Positions 7,366-15,238 of a stretch of 24,000 nucleotides of DNA are shown one piece after another (within the stretch, counting starts at the first letter, position 1; each line of letters starts with the position of its first letter). The notes under the pieces are model-generated. The model was given only the letters and a program-made list of their open reading frames with translations, had not been told where the DNA came from and did not search any database. The position numbers were made by a program, and so were the translations under genes. Source of the DNA: Frankiaceae bacterium (GTDB lineage Bacteria; Actinomycetota; Actinomycetes; BP-191); assembly GCA_030840645.1 (NCBI GenBank), contig JAVEEC010000050.1, positions 10,846 through 34,845 on the forward strand, written 5' to 3'.

Positions 7366-8838
7366 ATGAGGGTGATGACCGAGCCGAGCGGTACGACGGA
7401 CGACGACCTCCGCGACGCGGAGGCCGTTGCCGTTCCCGAGGACGACGGCGAGTACGCGTTCCACGCCATCGAGGGCGAGGGCTTCGAACGCGAGGCGCGC
7501 GAGGGGCTGCGCCGCATCGCCGGGCTGCGGACCGACCTCGAGGACGTCACCGAGGTCGAGTACCGCGCCCTGCGGCTCGAACGCGTCGTCCTCGTCGGCG
7601 TCTGGACCGACGGCACCGCCGACGACGCCGCGAACTCCATGCAGGAGCTGGCCGCGCTCGCCGAGACGGCGGGCTCCGAGGTGCTGGAGGGCGTCGTCCA
7701 GCGGCGGTCGCGGCCGGACTCCTCGACGTACATCGGCCGCGGCAAGGCCGACGAGCTGCGCGACGTCGTCGTCGAGACCGGCGCGGACACCGTCGTCTTC
7801 GACGGCGAGCTGTCGCCCGCCCAGCTCCGCAACGTGGAGAAGGTCGTCAAGGTCAAGGTCATCGACCGGACCGCATTGATCCTCGACATCTTCGCCCAGC
7901 ACGCGACCAGCAAGGAGGGCAAGGCACAGGTCGAGCTGGCGCAGCTCTCCTACCTGATGCCGCGACTGCGCGGCTGGGGCGAGTCGATGTCGCGCCAGGC
8001 CGGTGGCCGCGTCGCGGGCGGTGGCGGCATCGGCACCCGCGGCCCCGGCGAGACGAAGATCGAGACCGACCGCCGCCGCATCCGCGCCCGCATCGCCAAG
8101 CTGCGCCGCGAGATCGCCGCGATGGGCACCGTCCGCGAGACCAAGCGCCAGGAGCGGGTCCGCAACGAGACCCCGTCCGTCGCCATCGCCGGCTACACCA
8201 ACGCCGGCAAGTCCTCGCTGCTCAACCGGCTCACCGGCGCCGGCGTGCTGGTCGAGAACGCGTTGTTCGCGACCCTCGACCCGACCGTGCGCAAGGCCGA
8301 GACGCCGGACGGCCGGACGTTCACGCTGACCGACACCGTCGGGTTCGTCCGTCACCTGCCGCACCAGCTCGTGGAGGCGTTCAAGTCGACGCTGGAGGAG
8401 ATCAGCCGGGCCGATCTGATCCTGCACGTCGTGGACGGCTCGCACCCCGACCCGGAGAGCCAGCTCGCGGCGGTGCGCGAGGTGTTCCGCGAGATCGGCG
8501 CGTCGAACGTTCGCGAGCTGGTCGTCGTGAACAAGGTCGACGCCGCCGACGAGGTCGTCCTCGGCCGCCTGCGCCGCCGCGAGAAGCACTCCGTCTTCGT
8601 CTCCGCCAAGACCGGCGAGGGTCTCAACGACCTGGTCGCCGCGCTGGAGCGCGACCTGCCGCGGCCGGAGATCGACGTGACCGTGCTGCTGCCGTACAGC
8701 CGCGGCGACCTCGTCTCGCGGCTGCACGACGACGCGACGATCCTCACCGAGGCGCACACCGGCGAGGGCACGCTGCTGACCGCGCGGGTCAAGCCCGACC
8801 TCGCGGGCGAGCTTGCGGCGTACGCCACGGCTCCGTAG
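7366..8838 (+). CDS. hflX: GTPase HflX
   Basis: G1 motif is GYTNAGKSSL, G3 is DTVGF and G4 is NKVD. The HflX N-domain reads YIGRGKADEL...LSPAQLRNVEK...DRTALILDIFAQHA. An alternative ATG lies at 7375. Confidence 0.9.
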   Translation: MRVMTEPSGTTDDDLRDAEAVAVPEDDGEYAFHAIEGEGFEREAREGLRRIAGLRTDLEDVTEVEYRALRLERVVLVGVWTDGTADDAANSMQELAALAETAGSEVLEGVVQRRSRPDSSTYIGRGKADELRDVVVETGADTVVFDGELSPAQLRNVEKVVKVKVIDRTALILDIFAQHATSKEGKAQVELAQLSYLMPRLRGWGESMSRQAGGRVAGGGGIGTRGPGETKIETDRRRIRARIAKLRREIAAMGTVRETKRQERVRNETPSVAIAGYTNAGKSSLLNRLTGAGVLVENALFATLDPTVRKAETPDGRTFTLTDTVGFVRHLPHQLVEAFKSTLEEISRADLILHVVDGSHPDPESQLAAVREVFREIGASNVRELVVVNKVDAADEVVLGRLRRREKHSVFVSAKTGEGLNDLVAALERDLPRPEIDVTVLLPYSRGDLVSRLHDDATILTEAHTGEGTLLTARVKPDLAGELAAYATAP

Positions 8839-8865
8839 CCCACTGGTAGCGCTCGCGGGACGTTG

Positions 8866-10605
8866 CTAGCCCTTCGCGTTGACGGCGGCGAGCGCGTCGA
8901 CCAGGCCGTCCCCGTAGAAGCCGTTGTGCTCCTTGGTGCCGCGGCAGGTCGCCGTGTAGTCGGCGTTGCGGCCCGGGTAGGTGAACGTCGCGCTGCTCGG
9001 GCAGGCCTTCGGCGTCGCGCTGCCGCGCAGCAGCGCCGCGACCCGCGCGGGATCCATCCGCAGGGTGCCTGGATGCGCCGGGTCGGCCGTGCCGAACCTG
9101 CTCACGATCATCGCCGCCACGCCCGCCGCGTGCGGCGACGCCATCGACGTCCCGGTCAGGTAGCGGTAGTACGCGCACGTCGTGCCCTTGCAGTACTGCA
9201 CGACGTACGGCGTGCGCGGGCGGCCGTTCGGCCCGACCGAGCCGTCCGCCTTCGCCAGCGCGGCCGGCCAGGTCGACAGCGTCATGTACGACGGGTCGGG
9301 GCCCGAGCCGTCGGCGAGGTACGTGCTGCCGCCGGGCGCGGTCACGGTGATGTGGTTCAGGCCGTAGTCGGAGTAGTCCGCCTTGATGCCGTCGCGCGCC
9401 ACCGCGCTGATCTGGATGACGTGCGGCAGCTCGCTCGGCAGGACGAGGCAGGAGGCGTTGACCCGGCGCAGCCGCGCGGCGGTGTCGGGGAAGTCGGGGC
9501 TGGTCGTGTCCGTCCGCGGGGTGTCCAGGTCGAGGTGCTCGTTGCCGGCGGCGGCGACCAGCGTGACGCCCTTCGCGTACGCGTACTCCGTCGCCCGGCG
9601 CACACCCTCGATCAGGGCGCGCTGCTCGTAGCGTTCGTCGGCGGTGTCGTCGATGCCGTTCGGGCAGTTGAACAGCCACGGGTCGACGTAGTAGCTCATG
9701 TTCGCCACGTCGACGCCGATGTCCCCGGCGTACGTCAGCGCGTCGACCGTCGGCATCAGGAAGAACAGCCCCGAGTCCTGGCCCGCGCGCAGCCCGACGA
9801 GGCGGACGCCGGACGCGACGCCCGCCATGCCGAAGCCGTCGCCCGCCGCGCTCGCGACGGTGCCCGCGACGTGCGTGCCGTGGCCGTCGTCGTCCGCCGT
9901 CACCGGGTCGACGCAGGTCGGGGTCTCGCACGGGCCGTCCGCTCCCGGGTAGTCGGTGACGAAGTTCCGCGACAGGTCCTTGTCGTACGCCGCCGCCAGG
10001 TCCGGGTGCGTCCCGTCGACGCCGGTGTCGATGATCGCGACGAGGACGCCGCTCTTGCCGCCGTGCGCCTTGCGTGCCTGCGGCGCGTGGATCACGTCCA
10101 TGTCCCACTGGAGGTCGGCGAGCGGATCGGGGCCCGCGTTGCTCCGCCGGGACCCGACGCCCTGGGGTGCGTCGCGGTGTTTCTCGACCGCCGGCGGCAG
10201 GCCGACGGCACGGTTGGTGACGACGCCGTAGATCGCGGACTGCTTCCGCGCCCGGGCGACGAAGTCGCGGCCGGCCTTGACGGTCACGACGCCGACCTTG
10301 GCGTTCGCGTGGATGACCTCGCCGCCGGCCTGCGCGACGGCGACCTCGCCGGCGCCCATCGACACGCCCGCGACGTACACGACGTCGAACACCCGGTCCC
10401 GCGGCGTCGTCCCCACCGGCGTCGGCTTGGCCGAGGTGGGGGCCGGGGTCGGTGCGGTGGTCGTCGGCGCCGCGCTCGTGGGTGCGGCAGTGGTCGGCGC
10501 CGCGTGCGGCTTCGGGTCCTTTCGGTCGTGCCTGGCGACGGCCGCGCCGACGCCGGTGACGAGGACGGCCGCGGTGGCCAGGGCGACGACGCCGGAACGC
10601 TGCAT
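8866..10605 (-). CDS. Secreted/anchored S8 family serine peptidase
   Basis: ATG at 10605 gives MQRSGVVALATAAVLVTGVGAAVA, then a Pro/Thr linker and an I9-like propeptide. Triad motifs are IIDTGVDGTHPDL, DDDGHGTHVAGT and GTSMASPHAAGVAA. Confidence 0.85.
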   Translation of the reverse strand: MQRSGVVALATAAVLVTGVGAAVARHDRKDPKPHAAPTTAAPTSAAPTTTAPTPAPTSAKPTPVGTTPRDRVFDVVYVAGVSMGAGEVAVAQAGGEVIHANAKVGVVTVKAGRDFVARARKQSAIYGVVTNRAVGLPPAVEKHRDAPQGVGSRRSNAGPDPLADLQWDMDVIHAPQARKAHGGKSGVLVAIIDTGVDGTHPDLAAAYDKDLSRNFVTDYPGADGPCETPTCVDPVTADDDGHGTHVAGTVASAAGDGFGMAGVASGVRLVGLRAGQDSGLFFLMPTVDALTYAGDIGVDVANMSYYVDPWLFNCPNGIDDTADERYEQRALIEGVRRATEYAYAKGVTLVAAAGNEHLDLDTPRTDTTSPDFPDTAARLRRVNASCLVLPSELPHVIQISAVARDGIKADYSDYGLNHITVTAPGGSTYLADGSGPDPSYMTLSTWPAALAKADGSVGPNGRPRTPYVVQYCKGTTCAYYRYLTGTSMASPHAAGVAAMIVSRFGTADPAHPGTLRMDPARVAALLRGSATPKACPSSATFTYPGRNADYTATCRGTKEHNGFYGDGLVDALAAVNAKG

Positions 10606-10763
10606 CGCCGAAGCGTACGTCGCCGCTCCCACTGCCGTCCGGCCCTGCCGGTGTGCCCTGCCCGGCGTAGTCCTTTCGGAGGGTTTCGCCCGATCTCGGT
10701 GTTTCGTGCCCCGCGGGTAGGCGAGGCTCAGTTCGGGGACCCGACTCGCGAGGAGTGAACGGC

Positions 10764-10910
10764 ATGCGCCAGAAGACCGTGCGTCGCACAGCGGCGTTCG
10801 TGGCGCTGGCGGTGGTGCTGCTCACGCTCGGCGCCGCCGTGATGGGCGCGGCGCGCGCCGACGAGTGCGCGACGCCCGCCGCCCGGCTCTCGCTGCACCA
10901 GTCCTGCTGA
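10764..10910 (+). CDS. Small secreted peptide precursor (48 aa; not in the supplied ORF track)
   Basis: GAGGAG lies 8 nt upstream of the ATG. Translation is MRQKTVRRTAAFVALAVVLLTLGAAVMGAARA/DECATPAARLSLHQSC. The signal-peptide architecture (n-h-c with AxA) is clear. 45 of 48 codons end in G/C, as in real genes here. The predicted mature 16-mer has Cys at positions 3 and 16. Confidence 0.45.
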   Translation: MRQKTVRRTAAFVALAVVLLTLGAAVMGAARADECATPAARLSLHQSC

Positions 10911-10923
10911 CCGGCGTTGCCAG

Positions 10924-11601
10924 CTAGACCTTCCGCAGCACCGTCACGACCCGGCCGAGGATGGTCGCGTCGTCGCCGGGGATGGGGGCGTACGCGGGGT
11001 TGTGCGGCATCAGCCAGACGTGGCCGTCGCGGCGCTTGTAGGTCTTGACCGTCGCCTCGCCGTCGATCATCGCGGCGACGATGTCACCGTTGTCGGCGCT
11101 GGGCTGCTGGCGCACGACCACCCAGTCCGCGTCGGCGATCGCCGCGTCGATCATCGAGTCGCCGACCACCCTGAGCAGGAACAGCGTCCCCTCGCCGACC
11201 AGCTCGCGCGGCAGCGGGAACACGTCCTCGACCAGCTCCTCGGCCAGCACCGGCCCGCCGGCCGCGATCCGGCCGACGACGGGCACGTACGTGGGCGTCG
11301 GGCGGGCGTCGTTGGCGGCCGCCTCGTCCTCCACCGCGCTCGGCGCGAACACCTCGACCGCGCGGGGGCGGTTCGGGTCGCGGCGGAGGAACCCCTTCTT
11401 CTCCAGCGTCGCGAGCTGGTGGTGCACGCTGCTCGAGCTCGTCAGCCCGACCGCCTCGCCGATCTCGCGCACGCTCGGGGGGTAGCCGCGGCGCTCGACG
11501 GCGGCGCGGATCACCTCGAGCACGCGGCGCTGGCGCGGGGTCAGCCCGCTCGCGTCGGGCGGGCCGTCGGGGAAGTCGTGTACTTGCGCCTCGTCCGACA
11601 C
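10924..11601 (-). CDS. lexA: SOS repressor LexA
   Basis: wHTH region is [32 protein letters not shown], the cleavage region is RIAAGGP, the catalytic Ser is in GDSM and the Lys is in [11 protein letters not shown] start. SOS boxes lie upstream. Confidence 0.95.
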   Translation of the reverse strand: MSDEAQVHDFPDGPPDASGLTPRQRRVLEVIRAAVERRGYPPSVREIGEAVGLTSSSSVHHQLATLEKKGFLRRDPNRPRAVEVFAPSAVEDEAAANDARPTPTYVPVVGRIAAGGPVLAEELVEDVFPLPRELVGEGTLFLLRVVGDSMIDAAIADADWVVVRQQPSADNGDIVAAMIDGEATVKTYKRRDGHVWLMPHNPAYAPIPGDDATILGRVVTVLRKV

Positions 11602-11664
11602 GTGCGCTCCCTTGGCTCGTTCCCTCGTTCCTGTCGCTCACCGTAGCGGCGCCGGGCGTCCCAT

Positions 11665-11680
11665 TCAAACATGTGTTCGA
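11665..11680. promoter_or_regulatory. SOS (LexA) box upstream of lexA
   Basis: tcaaacATGTgttcga matches the actinobacterial TCGAAC-N4-GTTCGA consensus at 11/12 specified positions. It lies 64 nt upstream of the lexA start. Confidence 0.75.
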
Positions 11681-11716
11681 TTTTTCTTGACAGCGCGCCG
11701 CGATCTGCGGCACTGT

Positions 11717-11748
11717 TCGCACAGACGTTCGATCGAACACCCGTTCGG
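11717..11748. promoter_or_regulatory. Two abutting SOS boxes upstream of the LysM gene
   Basis: tcgcacAGACgttcga (11717-11732) is immediately followed by tcgaacACCCgttcgg (11733-11748). Each matches 11/12 specified positions. They end 23 nt upstream of the ATG at 11771. Confidence 0.7.
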
Positions 11749-11770
11749 CTTGTCACACCCGGGAGGCAGC

Positions 11771-12097
11771 ATGACGGCCATGACCTACGACACGCCCCGT
11801 GCGCCCCATCCCTCCGTGCGCCTCACCCGCCGCGGCCGGACGCTGATCGTCCTCACGCTCGTCGCCCTGGTGCTGCTCGCGTTCTCACTGGGCCGCACGT
11901 CGGCGGGCGCAACGGGTTCCGGGACGCCCGTGGCGCGGCCGACCACCGTCGTTGCGCCGGGGGAGACGCTCTGGGCCATCGCCCGCCGCGTCGCGCCCGG
12001 CACCGACCCTCGGGCGACCGTTGCACGACTCACCCAGCTCAACGACCTCGGCTCGACACCCATCGTCGCCGGCCAGCGGCTGGTGCTGCCCCGGTAA
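11771..12097 (+). CDS. Membrane-anchored LysM-domain protein (SOS-regulated, ChiZ/Rv2719c-like position)
   Basis: GGGAGG is followed by ATG. TM segment is LIVLTLVALVLLAF. LysM region is VVAPGETLWAIARRVAPGTDPRATVARLTQLNDLGSTPIVAGQRLVLP. The gene is divergent from lexA, as in mycobacteria. Confidence 0.8.
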   Translation: MTAMTYDTPRAPHPSVRLTRRGRTLIVLTLVALVLLAFSLGRTSAGATGSGTPVARPTTVVAPGETLWAIARRVAPGTDPRATVARLTQLNDLGSTPIVAGQRLVLPR

Positions 12098-12149
12098 CCG
12101 CTTCCCCGCTTCCCCAAGCGCGCGCGGGCCCCGGACGCGCGCGACGCCC

Positions 12150-12175
12150 CCGGCCGTCACCACCCTGACGGCCGG
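12150..12175. terminator. Bidirectional hairpin between convergent genes
   Basis: ccggccgtca / ccaccc loop / tgacggccgg forms a perfect 10-bp stem. It sits between the LysM gene stop (12097) and the minus-strand gene stop (12186). The T-tract is weak (tt). Confidence 0.5.
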
Positions 12176-12185
12176 TTCGGCGTGC

Positions 12186-13085
12186 CTACCCGCCGACCAG
12201 TTCCGCGCGCGCCTCGCGCACGTCGATGGTGCGGGTGACGTCGGGGGCGTTCACGCCGTTGCCGGGTACGTCCAGCGGCCCGACCGGGCCGAACCCGACG
12301 TCGAACGTGTACGTGCCCGCCCACGTCGTGCGCAGCCGTACCGCCGCCGTGCCGGGTGCCGTGTAGACGTGCGCGACGCGGGTGTCGCAGCGTTCTGCCG
12401 GTGCCGTCTGGTCGTACGGCCCGCCCGGTGTCGCGGTCTCGCACGTGGCGCCGTCGCCGAACGTCCAGCCGTACCGGCTCGGCGCGATCTCGACGTCGAG
12501 CGTCGCGGGGCCGGCCGGGGTGGTGACGTTCAGCGTCGTGCGGTCCTGCGCCGGACCGTTCGCGAAGAAGAACGTGGGCAGCCGCGTCACGGCCCGGCCC
12601 TCCGGCTGGACGCCGATGCGGGTCGCCGGCGGCGCGAGGGCGGTCAGGTACCGCGCTGCATCGATGGCAAGGTCCGCGGGCGTGAGGATGCGCCGCGTTC
12701 GGGTCAGGCAGATCGTGTCGAGGTACGCGGGCCCCGGGTCGCCGGGACGTTGCAGGAACAGCCGGAACAGCGCTCCGTCCGGGCACCGTACGGCGCCGCA
12801 CTTGACCTGCGACGGCGCCTCGACGGTGTTCTGGTCGCAGTTCAGAACGAGCGTCCAGACGCAGCCGGGACATCCATGGCTGCGCGCGACCGCAGCGTTC
12901 GCGGCATCCGAGCCGGGCACGATGATCGTCCCGCGAAAGTCGTTAGGAGACTCGATGACCGACCCCGCCCCACACTGCAACGCGTTCCGCTTACACAAGT
13001 CCCCGGGCACGGGGTCCGCAACGGCGGGCCGGCCGATGCCGAGGGCGCACAGAGCCGCGAGAAGGGCTGTTGCAATCCGAGTCAC
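12186..13085 (-). CDS. Secreted Cys-rich protein with C-terminal PKD-like domain
   Basis: Signal peptide is TRIATALLAALCALGIGRPAVA/D. The N-terminal half is Cys-rich. The C-terminus has WTFGDG...VAHVYTAPGTAAVRLRTTW (PKD signature WxFGDG..HxY..G). Its GTG start overlaps the upstream stop (GTGA). Confidence 0.6.
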   Translation of the reverse strand: MTRIATALLAALCALGIGRPAVADPVPGDLCKRNALQCGAGSVIESPNDFRGTIIVPGSDAANAAVARSHGCPGCVWTLVLNCDQNTVEAPSQVKCGAVRCPDGALFRLFLQRPGDPGPAYLDTICLTRTRRILTPADLAIDAARYLTALAPPATRIGVQPEGRAVTRLPTFFFANGPAQDRTTLNVTTPAGPATLDVEIAPSRYGWTFGDGATCETATPGGPYDQTAPAERCDTRVAHVYTAPGTAAVRLRTTWAGTYTFDVGFGPVGPLDVPGNGVNAPDVTRTIDVREARAELVGG

Positions 13086-13621
13086 TTCGTGACCACATCG
13101 AGACGGTCGAGGAGCCAGGCATCCCCATGGCGACGAAAGTGCACGGAGTACCGCGCTCTGCTTTCGCCGAATGTCTCGATGATCTTGCCGTCAAGAGTCC
13201 GTTCGTGCCCAGCGGTCTGATCGGCCACGTAAGTAGCCGATCCGCCGAGTTCGCCGACCTGCTGTACCGAGACTCCGGAGACTGAGTACGAGTAGTCCAA
13301 GTAACGACCCTGGCGGGCTTCGCTCCGCAGAAGTCCGAGAACACTCGTGCAGGGGCAGTCGGGAGCGATGAGGCGGCTGAGCGCGTCCGTCGACCTCGCC
13401 GGGTGCAGAAGTGCCTCGTTCAAGGCCGAGATGTACGCGGCGATCGCCTGCTTTACCTGAGTATTTGGCGAGAGTGATGGCCGACTGGACGTGGTCGCTG
13501 ACACCGAGGTCGACATTGACGGTGGGCCGGTTGGCAGCGTGCCCCCGTGCGGGTGGGAGCAGGCAACGGCAGCCACCGTGCCCACCACGAACGCCACCCA
13601 GACGTCCCCCGTACGACGCAT
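13082..13621 (-). CDS. Hypothetical lipoprotein / secreted protein
   Basis: ATG at 13621 gives MRRTGDVWVAFVVGTVAAVAC/S (weak lipobox), then a Ser/Thr/Pro linker and a domain containing a DCPC motif. Local GC is visibly lower than in the flanks. Confidence 0.55.
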   Translation of the reverse strand: MRRTGDVWVAFVVGTVAAVACSHPHGGTLPTGPPSMSTSVSATTSSRPSLSPNTQVKQAIAAYISALNEALLHPARSTDALSRLIAPDCPCTSVLGLLRSEARQGRYLDYSYSVSGVSVQQVGELGGSATYVADQTAGHERTLDGKIIETFGESRARYSVHFRRHGDAWLLDRLDVVTK

Positions 13622-13699
13622 GTGACGAGTGTAAAGAACGCGCCAACTGGCGTGAATACGCCACCCACAACCTGTGGATAACGATGGGGGCGGACGCCG

Positions 13700-14389
13700 T
13701 CAGCCGACGTCGTACTCCGGCAGCGTCCGCGGCGCCTTCGAGGCGTCGAACGGCGCGCCCGTCGAGTGCCGGATCGTCACGCTCATCCGCGGCCCGACCG
13801 GCCGGGCGGTCTTGGGCACGCAGTGCTCCCAGTCGTGCTGGCACGCGCCGCACATCACCACGAGGTCGCCGCACCCGGGTTCGAGCACGAGCGCGATCCG
13901 CCCGCCGCCGCGCGGCCGGAGCCGGAACTTCCGCCGTGCCCCCAGCGACACCGTCGCCACGAGCGGGTCACGGTGCACCTTGCCGTTGCGGTCGGGGTGC
14001 CAGGCGACGCTGTCGCGGCCGTCGCGGTAGAGGTTCACCCAGACGCGGTCCAGGAGGACGTCGTACCGCTCCGACAGCGCCGCGCACATCGACGGCAGCG
14101 CAAGGGGTGTCCCGCGAGCGCCAGGGTCGGTCGACCAGCCCGCCGTAAGGCGGGGTTCGAGCACTGTGCCGTCGTACATGCGGCGCTCGCGCTGCTTCCA
14201 GGCGCCTCGTTCGAGCAACGAGAGGAACAGCCCGTCCGCGCCCCGCAGCCAGCCCGGGCAGTAGTCGATCCACGACGTCGCGTCGAGCTCGTGGCGGACC
14301 AGGCCGTCGAATGACACGTCGATCGCCGGCGCCGCCGCGATGTCGAGCAGCGACGGCTGGAACGCCACGTCAGGCTTCACGCTCACCAT
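13700..14389 (-). CDS. alkB: Alpha-ketoglutarate/Fe(II)-dependent dioxygenase AlkB (oxidative DNA dealkylation)
   Basis: ATG at 14389 (MVSVKPD). The 2OG-Fe(II) motifs are VAWHPDRN (HxD), HDWEHCVPK (distal His) and RMSVTIRH (RxS). The upstream part of ORF 13700..14797 is non-coding. Confidence 0.8.
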   Translation of the reverse strand: MVSVKPDVAFQPSLLDIAAAPAIDVSFDGLVRHELDATSWIDYCPGWLRGADGLFLSLLERGAWKQRERRMYDGTVLEPRLTAGWSTDPGARGTPLALPSMCAALSERYDVLLDRVWVNLYRDGRDSVAWHPDRNGKVHRDPLVATVSLGARRKFRLRPRGGGRIALVLEPGCGDLVVMCGACQHDWEHCVPKTARPVGPRMSVTIRHSTGAPFDASKAPRTLPEYDVG

Positions 14390-14471
14390 CGTAAGAACAC
14401 CCTGCGACACGTTTTCGGCCCCCGTGTAGGACGATGCGCCCGGACGACCGCGAACACCACTTGGAGCAACG

Positions 14472-14945
14472 ATGCGCTGCCCGTTCTGCCGGCACCCCGA
14501 CAGCCGGGTCGTCGACTCCCGCGAGGCGGACGAGGGCACGGCGATCCGCCGCCGCCGCGAGTGCCCGGAGTGCAACCGCCGGTTCACCACGATGGAGACC
14601 GCGAGCCTGGTCGTCGTGAAGCGCAACGGCACCAAGGAGGCGTTCAGCCGCGCCAAGGTCGTCGTTGGCGTCCGCCGCGCCTGCAAGGGCCGGCCCGTCG
14701 ACGACGACCAGCTTGCCGCACTCGCGCAGGACGTCGAGGACCACGTCCGCGGCCAGGGCGCGGCCGAGGTGACGAGCCAGGATGTCGGACTGGCCATCCT
14801 CGGGCCGCTGCGCGACCTGGACGAGGTGGCGTACCTGCGGTTCGCCAGCGTCTACCGCGGCTTCGACTCCCTCGCGGACTTCGAACGTGAGGTCAACGGG
14901 CTCAAGTCCATGCGCGCCGACCCCGAGCCCGACCCGCAGCCGTAG
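14472..14945 (+). CDS. nrdR: Transcriptional repressor NrdR
   Basis: The Zn ribbon is [17 protein letters not shown]...[14 protein letters not shown]. The ATP-cone follows ([16 protein letters not shown]...[11 protein letters not shown]). Confidence 0.95.
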   Translation: MRCPFCRHPDSRVVDSREADEGTAIRRRRECPECNRRFTTMETASLVVVKRNGTKEAFSRAKVVVGVRRACKGRPVDDDQLAALAQDVEDHVRGQGAAEVTSQDVGLAILGPLRDLDEVAYLRFASVYRGFDSLADFEREVNGLKSMRADPEPDPQP

Positions 14946-15057
14946 CCAGCCGCCGGGGGCGACCCCGCTGACCTGCGCTTGCAGAATCTCCCGCCCCTCC
15001 GGCGTCGCGACACGCCCGGAACCGCTTGCGCACCCCTGGGACCAGGTGCAGACTCCA

Positions 15058-15073
15058 CCACTGCATCTAGTGG
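15058..15073. promoter_or_regulatory. Candidate NrdR box in the nrdJ leader
   Basis: ccacTGCATCTAgtgg is palindromic (ccac...gtgg) and resembles the published acaCwAtATaTwGtgt consensus in about 11/16 positions. I could not find a convincing second box at the usual ~31-bp offset. Confidence 0.35.
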
Positions 15074-15088
15074 TTACAACGGTGTCAT

Positions 15089-15142
15089 TCGTCCACATGT
15101 AGTTCCACAGGCTGTGCACAGGTTATCCGCACCTTGTGCACC
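15089..15142. promoter_or_regulatory. Cluster of five DnaA-box-like 9-mers upstream of nrdJ
   Basis: tcgtccaca (15089; 8/9 vs TTGTCCACA), agttccaca (15101; 6/9), ctgtgcaca (15112; 7/9), ttatccgca (15123; 8/9 vs TTATCCACA) and ttgtgcacc (15134; 7/9). Confidence 0.25.
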
Positions 15143-15238
15143 GACTCGTCCCCAGAAAACTGTCACACCCGGCCTGTTCCATAGGGATCAGACCGACGAC
15201 CCGGGGTGTTGCAACCTCACGTGAGCAGGGAGCACGGC

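Noticed and set aside
7291-8757. Upstream two-thirds of minus-strand ORF 6733..8757 (674 aa)
   Set aside because: It is antisense to hflX and has no motifs. Only the last 186 codons, from the GTG at 7290, show a signal/lipobox and protein-like sequence.
8789-10825. 678-aa minus-strand ORF and 631-aa plus-strand ORF (8863..10758) overlapping the second S8 protease
   Set aside because: These are out-of-frame or antisense shadows, extremely Arg/Gly/Pro-rich. The frame 8866..10605 carries the Asp/His/Ser triad.
11612-11770. Longer N-terminal extension of the LysM gene (ORF track start at 11612)
   Set aside because: The extension would run through the SOS operators and has poor sequence character. 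The ATG at 11771 has a GGGAGG Shine-Dalgarno and begins just before the TM segment.
14390-14471. SOS box in the alkB/nrdR divergent spacer (gaacaccctgcgacacgtttt)
   Set aside because: The GAAC and GTTT half-sites are 12 nt apart rather than 4, so it does not fit the LexA operator.
15089-15108. Second NrdR box (ccacatgtagttccac), expected about 31 bp after the first
   Set aside because: The left half fits but the right half is not the inverted complement (ccac instead of gtgg), and the offset is ~35 bp. It is reported only as part of the TCCACA motif cluster.
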